64,000 nt of DNA, from contig NMRA01000481.1 in assembly GCA_002633005.1 (NCBI GenBank), positions 248,001 through 312,000 of the forward strand. Reading direction: 5' to 3'. The position numbers were made by a program, and so were the translations under genes. The stretch comes from Phoronis australis. Its lineage: Eukaryota; Animalia; Phoronida. The notes below the pieces were generated by a model. That model was not told where the DNA came from. It made no database searches and saw nothing but the letters and a program-made list of their open reading frames with translations. Numbering within the stretch: the first letter of the stretch is position 1; each line of letters begins with the position of its first letter. Positions 12,864 to 25,300 of this stretch are shown here, piece by piece.

Positions 12864-14508
12864 TTAACGCAAAACCCTTGGAAAAATTTCCAAATTCAGT
12901 GAATTGGGAACTTTATACTAAAAATAGCCAACAGATTCAAATGAAACTTTGAAATGTTGTGCTAGGAATCGTTTTTGAAGAGTTCCAGTTTTGCACAAGG
13001 GATTATAAAAATATCACATTTAAAAAAATCAAAGTTTGCATAAAACAAAATGAACCAATATTTCAAAATGCTGAAACACCGTCTTTTTTTCCAATTTCAT
13101 CTTGAATATTTACATCAAAAGAAACCTGGTCAACTTATCGTTGTTTTACAATGAAAGTATTTTATTTTTACTAAATGTTACTGAAAAGAGATAGTCATGA
13201 GACCTAATTAATGGCAAATTGGGAAAAAAAGTAAGAAATCAACACCTACAAGGTTTCTACTTTCAGAAAAAATATACTTTAACCGACTTAAAGAGGAAAG
13301 CCACCATTTTTAATCATACCTTTACTAAAAATACAGATCTCTGATTACCTTGGATATTTTTTGGCATAAATTACTTTTCGAATGCTATGTATTTACTATC
13401 CATGTGACAATAGAAAAACTGTGTTCAATAGCGTCGTGCTTGCTCAATGGCGATGAATGCAGAACTAAGACATGGGCCTTTTGCTGGGCCGATTACATCA
13501 TTTCCTGTTGTTACAAGGTTAGTAAATATGCACCAGAGGAGCAGTTACTGACACCGAGCATGTCTTTCCCAGAAAAGGCTAAAAGCATACTTGGTTCAAG
13601 ATCCTACGCCAACTTATTTTTTTGAGACCTACGTTCACCAAATAGAAAATAAAACTCCCACCCGCATCAATTCAGTGAAGGTTTAGTGTTTTTCTGAAAA
13701 GTTGCAGACTTAAAAGTGCATATTATAGCAAGTTTTGAAATGCCATGATTTGCCAAGCGATGAGTAAGAACAATCGCATATACTTTTTGCTCGTCTCAGG
13801 TGAATTTTCTTTTTTGAAAGAATAAGCGACTACTGACTCGAATTTTAAAGAAAACTCAACATCAGAACCAACTATGCCTTTTTGGCCCAACCAAGGATTT
13901 GTATTTTTACTAAAAGTAACATCAAACACGGATGCTGTCCGCATTAAGTACTACAATTGTGCACGCATTTGTCTAAATGCACAGACATGGCGATAACATC
14001 TCACAAAATCATAATAAAATAACTTCCTACTATGGACTGTTACCACTACCCACAATCCCAGCTACTCTGATCAATCAGTTTTAGTCACAGTCAATAGGTC
14101 TGGACGAAGTAACTCACCTCCGACTCTACTGTTTACAATGTCCGCCCATTAGACTAGCAGACCTGCACAGAAAAGTTACTGGTTTGACCATGAATCTATT
14201 CCATGAACCAACCCCTTGGCAAAGACCAACGTGTGCAGAGATGCAAAATGTATACAGAGCACGTACAACACTCTTATCTATTAAAATATTTGGCTACAAA
14301 TAAATGTGAATATTGCAAGATTACTGGCTGACAATTTGTACATAACTTAAAACACTGAGTCAACCACAGCTGCTTCCCAATGTCTCTGCGTTTCACAAAC
14401 TGTTCTCAAAAGCCCTCCAGTCCAGCTACAGCTGATACTACGTAGATAGCGTTCCTTTTGACACTATTAACTTTCAATACTGTGTAACTGAAGACTATGC
14501 CAATGGTT

Positions 14509-14931
14509 GGTTGCATGAAACAGTCCCAAATAGGGACCCAACTAAGGTTCCCAAGTCTTTTTGCGTATTTGTGTCTTTATGGACTCACAGATGCAATATT
14601 TATCTACTGTTTCATCTTTGTTACGAGCTCCTCTTTGATTAATGACATTTTCTAATAATATTACTGAAAACTGAGCCCAGAGTTCATTGAAAATAAATAG
14701 GGACTCAGTCCTTACATTAGGGGGTGTTGCATGAAAAGATCCCTAATTACTTTCGATTACATTGACAATTCAACGTAGAGTTCACTCTCGATTTGTATCA
14801 AAGTCAAAAGTTGACTTAGTAATGAAACTAAAACAATAAGAAAGGGCAACTGATGTTTTCACAAGTCCAATAATACGCAGTAGATTTAGGGAACTTAGTT
14901 GAGTCCCTATTTGGGACTTTTTCATGCAACC
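14509..14931. mobile_element. MITE with ~50-bp terminal inverted repeats (Harbinger-like)
   Basis: GGTTGCATGAAACAGTCCCAAATAGGGACCCAACTAAG at left vs CTTAGTTGAGTCCCTATTTGGGACTTTTTCATGCAACC at right; internal partial copy near 14720. Confidence 0.75.
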
Positions 14932-15976
14932 GGACACAGGACGTAGCTCTCCAAGCTCCCCACATTCAAGTACGATCTACACACCTACACCTTGTAATCA
15001 CAGTGATAATTGTTTGAACACAACTCATTTGAACAGCCTTGGTGGAATATCGTCTCCACCCCAGGATTACAAGAGCAACGATTCCATAAGTTCAGTGTGC
15101 GAATTCTAGTCGTTTCTAAAACAAGTCACGTCTAAGTCGAATGATTGGAAAGCACTGATACACCTGGCAATATCACGATGGATGAATGACAAAACTGGAG
15201 TTTCTTTAGCACAACACGTTGCATTTTTTAAATTCTACAAATGTTATTAAATAAATACATAGCCAAGCAGTGACCACCTAGCACAAATCATATCTGGGAT
15301 GGTGCAACATGGGCCTGCTTCTCAAAAAGCCATTTAGCTTTTGATTAAAGGCTAGAATTTCATCTTTGCTGAAAACTACTCCTGAAAGTAGGGCACACGT
15401 AATGGACGATTTACGCCCAACTAAGATAACTTGCAGACCAGGGGTCCGTTTTGTAAAAAGGAATTTAAGACATATGTCAGAAATCTCAACTAATTAATGC
15501 TCCCATGTCACAAGGGTTGAATAACGTTTACGCCAATTAACTGTAAAGACAGTATCTGAGCAACTAAAAGTTATGGATCAATTTCGGAGCCCCTGAACTT
15601 TTGTTGAGGTGAGAAAATTTTTATTTTCAGACATAGTTGCGTAGAGTGTATAATAAAACTTCTGCCTCAAGTCTCAAGCCAATTGTCATTACATGGCCGC
15701 CAGTTTTAAACAGACAATGCATAAAACAAAACCTGCAAAAAAGACTGGAACTTGAAAACTTGTTTTTTTCATGGACAATGTAGAAATGTAGATTTTATGG
15801 TCAAGTATAGATTACTTAACCAGTGCCATTTGTGTACTAAAAATCCCACTTTTGACTCTGGCCCAAAGACATAAGCTAAATTTCTTTCTTGAGAAATAGA
15901 ACCCAATCACTTCTCTCCTCTCTCACTTTATGTTATACACACAATACAATTTATATACATAGCACCGTCATTAGCG

Positions 15977-16320
15977 TTAACCTTTGCTTTGAGCACCACC
16001 AACAAGAGCACCATCTCCACACGCCGCGCTACACTCCGCCCCACTGGCGCCTCCAACGGTGTCCTCGCGAACCCGCTGTGACCTCATGAGGTCACTGAGT
16101 GCCTTGGTAAGATCGTTCAAACTCTCTGTGTCCTTCTCTTCTACGAGAGCGAACTTGTTTGTGAATAGAATAAAGTGAATGAAGAGTGTGTTGAGGTGAC
16201 CGTGCAGACAGAGTAGGGTGAACTCGTTGAAATGGGATGCGTACAAGTGAGCAAGCACGTGGAACAACAGGCGAAATATCTTCTTGACAAGCACCTCGAA
16301 CGATGACGGAAACGGATTGG
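15977..16320 (-). CDS. MOB2: MOB2 coding exon 5 (terminal)
   Basis: tttcag|CC AAT CCG TTT CCG TCA TCG...TAA; ORF 15977..16294; Gly/Ala-rich tail as in vertebrate MOB2. Confidence 0.95.
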
Positions 16321-19300
16321 CTGAAATGAAGAGGACAAATTGCAGACGCTCCTCAGGTCAGCAAGTGTTACTCAATCCGATGCAGAGGAGGATTAAACAC
16401 ACTTGACAACAAAACAAGTGACTGACAGAACCAGGGCTTGGAATGACCTATGACAAAAAAGAAGAAAATTTTCCAGGTAATGTATCTTTCAACAAAAATA
16501 GGCTTATGTAAAAGAAATATTTTTGTGTTGTAAAATTTATCTGCAAGCGATGTTTTTTTAAAGAATGTCAACTCAAACCTAGCCGGAAATGAATGTCTTG
16601 CAGCGCATCATTTACCTCTACATTATCACTGGCAAGGGATAACGAAGTTTTAGTTCAGCAATTCCACATTCAACAGTATTCTTCAATGTGCAAAACGACA
16701 TTATTTGAGCGCACTCACCAAATTTTGTTGGAAAGACAGTTTCATCGTTGATAGTTTTCTGTATGAATGTCATTACGTAATCAGTGTACTGAGGCGCAGC
16801 GCACTTACACTTCTTCCCTTTCTCGTCGAACCATAAATATTGTCTGAAATTCACAGCGACGCAAACGTCAAAATTTTAAAACTGACCAAAAACTTTTCAA
16901 TCTCTCCAAAGTTATTTCGACTTAGCCAACGCCAGACGTTTTTAATTTCTCAAAACCGTCTTACTAGTTTTCAGAAGCCAGTGGCTATGAGAATGGTACC
17001 AGGCAAACACTGACATTCTACCACCATAACAAATTAACAGGCAAAGTCTTCATATGAAGAGAATGTATAAGTGCAATCACAATGGATGAATGAACAAAAT
17101 CCAGCCTATAGCTCGAATGCTTTCGCAGAACTAGAGGTTAGCTTCTTGCGAGATAAGCGAGATCATGCAAGACCACAGGAGTGAAAGGCGAGTGTTTCAC
17201 GAGTAAGCTGGATTACAAAATGGCCGCCACTGATGTGATAGGTTAGCTAAGGCTGGAATATTGAATTTAGCAGAAAATTTATGGTTTGCTTTTCATTAGA
17301 GAAGGTTTCTCATTGAAAGTGTCTGGCAAGTATCTTACGATACAAAATGTACTCCATCTCATCAAAGAGAACATGCTTTTGCTACAATAACACATTGTAT
17401 TGTTCACTCATGTGTTTTTCTACATGTCCTGAACACTAGATTGAAAGACAGCAACACCATGGCTAAAGAATTCAGCTCCGTGACCTCAATACGACCACAG
17501 GGCACATCAGATGAGCATAATGATCAACACAAGAGCACAGAGACTCAACATTAGAGCACGGTGATCAAATGAACACCACAGTGGCTCAACACTCGAGCAT
17601 GGTGATCGAATTAAGAGCACAATGGCTCAACAGCTGAACATGGTGATCTAATTAGGAGGTCAGTGGCTCAACATTTGAGCACAGAGATCTAATTAAAAAC
17701 ACAATGGCTCAACACATGAGCATGCTGTTCTAATTACAAGTTCCGTGGTTCATCTTCTGACCATGGTGATGTGTTCACAAGCCAGGTGACTGAACATTTA
17801 AACACAGTGACCAATCTGAATACAGAGAAAGTTGAACACGGCAGCCTACAAATCACTACACAGTACGTACGTGTTTCCTGGCCCAGCCATTGATGAGCAT
17901 GAGGTGGTAGTACAATAGTCTGAGATGGCACCGTATAGCAGGTTGACGTGATTGAAGAAAGACAGCGCTGAAACAAGAAGTAGGATTCAGACGGCCCTGC
18001 ACTAAGAGGTTGACGTTGTTGAAGCAAGAAAAGTCGAGATGCACATACATAGGTCAACACTAGGTCTGACTAAAATTGAAAATCAATGAAAGACCAATGG
18101 TGTTCATTTCAATATCAATTTTAAGAAACAGGCATTGAAAATTAAGCAAAAAATGTTTGTCAGCCTACTGAACATCACAGAAATAGAGAAAAAACACATG
18201 TGAATAAATTTCAAAACATACCAACAAAATAAATATGGTTACCATGAACGAACAACGGAGTCAAGCATTGAAGTTGTTGTATGTAGACCCGGCATTTATT
18301 GAAGACTCCTTGATATACAATGTTCCTGCCCTTTAAGTGCAATCAGAATGGACGAATGATCAACATCCAACCTAAAGCTCGAATGCTTTCGGAGAACTAG
18401 GGGTCAACTTCTTGCGAGATAAGCGAGATCATGCAAGACCACAGGAGTGAAAGGCGAGTGTTTCGCAAGTAAGCTGGATTACAAAATGGCCGCCACAGCA
18501 GGGATGCGCCGCCAACTTGGGTGTGTATTTTAACCTCTGAGGTAACGCCTATAATATTTTGATTTAAAGGCTCTGGGGAAAGTGGAATATGTTCCTGGTG
18601 AGGTTTTTCATCACCACGTCGTCTTAGTTAAGTATGAGCAACCTTCATTTAAGGATTTCTCCGGACCATTTCTGCAGAGGGCTCTAATTTCACCTGTGCA
18701 GAGATACACGTCTAGGTGATGATGGTAGTGATGTGTTGCCAAGAACTCTCAACAGTATCTTAAAGGACAATGCTGCAGTAATGTGGACTCATGGAACCCC
18801 TAGCCATTGCCACCAATGTCTAACCACAGGTGAATGGGCCAGAGTCATACGAAAGCAGCATATGGGGAAGACGCCCACATTAAACACTAGCACAGCCAAT
18901 TCAAGTTAAGCTGGACATTCAATGACGCCAATTTCTGGGCAACTTATGTCTACTGACTCCACATTTTCACCACACGACAAATTTTTCCACATGACAGAAA
19001 AATTATTGAAAGTTAAGGGCTGCAAATCACCACATAAACTATAGAGAGGTGCAGCTCACAACAAGACAAAATTTTAGCATTCTGTAATCAACAATTGGCA
19101 ATTTCTCAGAGACTCTAATGTCATTTGGGAAAAAATCAGTCTACATGGGGCTCTTATTTTTTGGCTTTTGCCAAGTTGTAGACAGATTTTTTAACTTTTA
19201 GCCTTAGTTTGATTTCGTGAAACATGCTAAGTCATCAGTAGACCCATTTTAAATGGCCTAATGACTTAGCCTGTTTCACGAAATTAAACTAAGACTAAAA

Positions 19301-22300
19301 GTCAGAAAATCCGTCTACAACACAAAGTCAAAGGACAGAAGAAACCTGTAGCCTGCTTGAAAGCACGCTAAAAGTCAAAGCCAAAAAAAACAACTTTTGG
19401 CTATTCGTAGACAGATATCTTGACATTCTGCTAAAGTCAAAAAACAAAAACCAATGGACTTAGATAATCAGGCCCACGGGAAAATATTTAATATGCGCCC
19501 CTAGTAAATCCCATGTTGCCTACCAGACGTTGGGCTGACCTTGATTTTGAGTATACAGCGGCACCCTACCATTAAAATGAAGAGAACCACCTGGTTCCAT
19601 TCATCTGATCTTGAAGAGGGACAGTTTGCATCATATTCAATTCAACATTTACCTTTATAAGGTCAAGCGAGTTTATTTAGTCAATTACCTACAAAACTAT
19701 AAACTTAAAAGTCAATAAAGTATATATTTTTATAACAGTAGAAAGCCCATATAATTTAATTTAAATTTAGACATTACAAATCTTCCAATAATTGGATCAC
19801 GTGATGGTTTCTTTTCAGCAAAAAGAAAGGCACATCTTAATAGCAAAACAATGATATCAAAACAGGATCAAACTATACTTCACAAAATGCTCAAAAAGAA
19901 GTCTCAAAAGCGCTGTTGCATTTTAAATTCTAAAACATCATTTCATTTTTGTTTGATGCAACTTTGATTACTTTCATTAAAACCACGAAAGTCCTATCAG
20001 TTGGAAGCTCCTCATGTAAAAACGAAACATTCTAAAAACAATTCCCAACAGAGTTTCCGAGATAAGGGCACGAAACATGGTATCCAAAAGTTTGATAAAA
20101 ATCCGATCAGTCATTTCTGAGGAACGACATTTTCCTATGGTAATACAAATCCGATCAGCCATTTCTAAGGTACGACATTTTCCTATGGTAATACAAATCC
20201 GATCAGCGATTTCTGAGGTATGACATTTTCTTGTGGTAATACAAATCCGATCAGACATTTCTGAGGTACGACATTTTCCTATGCTAATACAAATCCGATC
20301 AGCGATTTCTGAGGTATGACATTTTCTTGTGGTAATACAAATCCGATCAGACATTTCTGAGGTACGACATTTTCCTATGGTAATACAAATCCGATCAGCC
20401 ATTTCTAAGGTACCAATTTTCCTATGGTAATACAAATCCCAACAGCCATTTCTGAGGTATGACATTTTCCTTTGGTGATACAAATACGATCAGCCATTTC
20501 TCACGTACGACATTTTCCTACAGTAATACATGACCAAAAACTTACTATGAGTGGCTAGCCATTCGTTGCGATCCAGCTCCGGAGGTAAGCAGGTTAAGGC
20601 CTCCAGATTTGTCAGATCTACATGGGGCAAGGATACCTGGACCATCTCACTGTCAAGGTACTGCTTGTGCTCCTCCGCTGCCGGAACCAGCGACTCTTTA
20701 TCCTTACGCCGGCCCTTCCTGTAATGAAACAAAACACAAAGGTCAAGTGAAGAATGGAAAAATATAAACCCCATCGCCTTAACGAATATGCCATGTTTGT
20801 TTGGGTTTATGTTAAAAAACCAGGAGTGTGGTAAGCCAATGGCACAACAAAGTAAAAGTGGTCAAAGTGAAATTGTTGAAATTTAAGGGTGGGCGATCAG
20901 CAAAATGTTGACGGTCAGCTGAATGTGGGCGTCAGCCTGAATGTATACAGTAAATTTACAGCAGATATGCAGGCATAATTTGGGAGAATTCACAGGTGAC
21001 ATATATTTTCCCTATGGTTGCGTACTCCAGAGTAACACGCCAACTTCAAGCAGTGATACAGAGAAGGATGAAACCATCCACACAAAGCTGGTTGAGCAAT
21101 TTCAATCCTGGGAAAAGGTGTTAAGCAAATACCACTGACCACATTCATCAATGTCATGAAACAAAAACTTAACCCAGAGTAAACGGTAAACTGGCATTCA
21201 CAGACAACCAGTCTTGGCATGCCATCACCTCAGAATCTAGGTAAACGAGAGAAAATCTTTTCAACTAACATTTCAACAGCATCAACACATTTCCAGTCCA
21301 AGTTTGGACGCCAGTCTTCACGTAGTTCATATGTTCGTATATAAAACACCACCATGAGAAAGTTAAGTCAGCCTGAACGTTTAAAGAGATAGGAGAGAAA
21401 GGTTTTGACCTTGGACTCAACATGGCCTTTTTCTGGAGATTAACTTGAGACAAAACTGCCGCTACAAGATGAATGTTTCAAATTAAATGCCATTTGTTAG
21501 GACACAGACTGAGGACCCGATAGCCTATATCACACAAATTACTCATTTTCTGGTCATTACGGTATAGACATCTGCTAAAAAATAGCTTTCTATAGGTATG
21601 AAACAATCAATGGCGCTCTTTAACAAAAACCAGAACACAGCCTTTAGTCTTTAGGACAAGACCTTTAAATGCCTATACCTAGTGCAGTTAAAGCGCATTA
21701 TATGGATCCTTTGACAACTAAGTGTTCTTCATAATTCATATTACTGACGATAATTGTTCGTGAACATTTAGCATACAATATGACGGACACACTGCAATTA
21801 CATTTTGTTGAATTTCTCAATGAAAATGTACAGCATAGCAATTCTTTCTCAAACAATTAAAGAATTATGGAGTTCAAACGATCAGTATCACATTTTTGAT
21901 TTTTGTCTCAATTCCAGGGCTCACATAGGACTGAAAAAGTATAGTAAACTTGGATTAGTCAGGGATGTGCAAGCCCAATTTCGTTACTCCAAATGTCAGC
22001 AGTACGGTTTTTCTAGATCATGCACTCAGCAGTTGGACTTTGCCTTACACGGACATATTCTCGCATATTTTGAACAAAGCTAAGATTCAAATTCAATGCT
22101 CATTCACAAGCTTGTTATGGATGACATCCCATCTGATTGCACACACTGGTTATCAAAACAGACACATTTTATTCTGTCCCCACAACAGAGAGTGTCCCAA
22201 ACGAGATAAGCCAGCGACCCTTAGGAAAGGCTATATCATGTTTATCTATACACAAACCTATATACAGGACTATATAGACAGATACATTATTCTTTGATAA

Positions 22301-25300
22301 GCGACCCTAGAGTGTAAAACAAACTGAACCAGGATGTTTGTCACACAATAATTCTACAAATTCTCATAAGTATGATTATCAGCAAGAGATTTAGTTACCA
22401 AAAATTTGATATCACACTACCTTGTTTTTAATATGAACAGGCTCCACATTTCAGAGCCCCATTCTGGTAAAGGCTCCATCAGAATTTTGCGGAATTTTGT
22501 TTTTAAAAAGCCTGTGATAATGAATGCTCTGCTTAACACATAGTTGCTGATTTTTAACTTCCCAACTTAAAGGACCATTTCGGCAATGTTTAGCTGGTAA
22601 TGTTGAACTCTTTACCTGAAACGCTTTGGGGATTAAGGTAATGTCATGCCTTCCCTACCAAGGCGAACTTTGGAGTACCATATTCGCCGTAATAACCGCC
22701 CATGCCCCTATAAGCGCCCCCCACGCGTTTTCAGACTTTGCTGAAATAAGCGCCCAGTCCATGAACGTGTACATGCGAACAGTCCTAAAACTCGGCTACA
22801 GTAATGTCTTCAATTTATCAAAAAATTTTTGCACTGGTCTTCTAGACCACCAGCGGCACTGCTACGTTTGTATTTAGCCGTGACTTTACACTTCAAAGTA
22901 ACGCAGCGCTTCAAAAAGAACACAACAGCGTTGCTACGCTCTCGCGATGACCGTGTCCCACTATGGTCTGACCTTTCAGTAGACACATCGACTGTCTCAT
23001 GAATAAAAATAACTCGGTGTTAAATGCACGTGGCCAGGAAGCGCATGCTATATACATGAACCTGTCATCAAAGACATTAGTCGGGAACTATCCATTCATG
23101 AAACGGGTAGCATAGCATCGATAAGAAATGAATATTGGCACTAATTTCCGACAATTTCTAATACTATAAAATGTTTCGAGTTATTTTTGAGATGGATTGT
23201 TTGATTAACCATAATTGGTGTTTTTAAGCCGAAAATCCGATAAAATGACAACTGACAGTGAATGCTTACAGATCCTTACACCGAAAAATCACTGTCAGAT
23301 AGTTACGTACGCATCCAGGTACACGGCGACTAATATGGGCCTTACCGAGACAAATGTCGAAAGTTTTTAGCACGAGACCGGCAAGTGCTGAATGAAACAC
23401 GCTCTGGTTTAGGCCTACTGCTTGTGCAAATTTCTTTAGACACATCTAGTAGTTAGGTTGCGTGGCTCTGGCCAAAAGACGGTCTCTGCTTTGGCAAATG
23501 AACTCTGGTGACACGCACGTGCTCGCTTACTCACAGACGAACTTCAAAACAAACATCACGTGACAACAACATGTGTGTTCGTCCAGACATTTTTCTTGCC
23601 GTGTTGCCGATCATACATGTAGATGACACGATGTTGCACATTTGTACTTAAACCTGCCGTTAATCCAGACTCCACGGGAACTTAAAAAAATCTTAGAGAC
23701 GCTACTTATAAAACTTAATGAGGATTTCAGGTAATTTGCTCGAGTCGAAACCATTTTTATTCGATCATTGAAGTCACCATATCCAAGACGGCGATTTCGA
23801 GGCAGTCCGTCGGCGAGTTTTCGCCCTCGGATTTCAGCACAATTTTCTGTAAAATGATCGTAATTTAGCAGCAAAGTTTGATAGCAATGCACCACAGTTT
23901 TGTTGAAAGTCTTTCATAGTTTACATATACGTCACAGAGCGTAAATTTTGATGAATCTTAGCTTCCGATTTCACCCGTTTCGGAGACCTGGTTTCAACCG
24001 CCTTGGGTTATAAGAAGCGCCCCCCCTGAACCGAACTTTACTAAGAGCCCTGGGCGGTTATTACGGTGAATATGGTATTAATAATTGACACATGAAACTA
24101 TACATTTATAAAATCCATGATAATCACGGAATCTTATCATGTGTATAGAAGCAATCATAGTGATTTCTGTGAAAAATCGAGTTGTTACAAAAAATGCAGT
24201 CACATGGTTGTGAACACCTGGGCAATAGTTTTGAGCACATAACAAAATTCTGTGATTATCAAGGATTTTTAAGATGTTTCGTTTTACAGGCCTACAATTA
24301 ATACCTAAAATGTGCCTTAAGAAATTCAATCCTTAACAATGATATCCTTGTTACTCGAAAACATTACCATGAACTATTTTCAATAGTTGCCAAATCAGCT
24401 CCTATGCATTGTAAGTTGGGGGCAATATTTCAAATTTGCAATTTTTGAGTTGGCCAACCCCAATAAACTTCGAAGCATTTTGGTGGATTGCTGATGGCTT
24501 TGATGTTCTTGTTGGTAAAAAAATTGAGTGTGACAATGGCGAAGTGCGACATTTTTGTGATGCCATTTTGGCGATCACTTTCAAACGGTCCAACCCCATT
24601 TGGATAAACCAAGCAATGTAGAATTTTCAAGCATTGCACACTTCATAGACATAATTCAAAATCACAACCTACAAGGAAACGAGACTTCATTATCATACCA
24701 ATCAGATAAGCAGTATTTAGGTGGCATCCAATAGCAGCTCAATTTATCTTCCCGAGTATCATTAAAAATTGGCGCCTCCTGGGTTGGTGGGGTGACTGGG
24801 CGTTTTGAATTTGTATTGCACGTGAAGGCTACATATGATTGTGCTAGTCGATGACAGCTTGACCCACTTTTTGCTCAGTCATGGCTTTTCATCAACCTTT
24901 ACTACTTGCAATGGGGAAGTTGAATTTTGGCAGGAACTTCAGGTACCCTTCAGACAGTTTGATTTTTTTTAAAATCTGGCCGCGTTGACATCCACCCGAT
25001 TTCTATAGTCTGGAGGCTTTTGGCAGTCTGAGCACACTGTCCCTCAGTTCTTAGAAATCACGTGTGAATTGTGACTTTTGGGTGAAAACTGTTGTGCATT
25101 TTGGTTCCCTTTTTTACATTTGAGATGTGGTAACTGTAAAGATGGAGAAATCACTTTGGAATCAGTTTCAGTAGATTCTGTGCAACGTTTGGAAGTCTCT
25201 GGCCCAGTATACTGTTCATATTTATAGGTTTTGCACACCGGCATGCGGACCAGCATTGTAGGTGCATAACCTGATTTTCCACCAGAGAACGAAGAAAATT

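Noticed and set aside
19977-20483. 168-aa repetitive Cys-rich ORF, the longest in the track
   Set aside because: It is the translation of a 48-bp intronic minisatellite, with no splice or homology support.
20101-20530. CRISPR-like periodic array
   Set aside because: Contiguous tandem units with no unique spacers, in a eukaryotic intron, with no cas genes.
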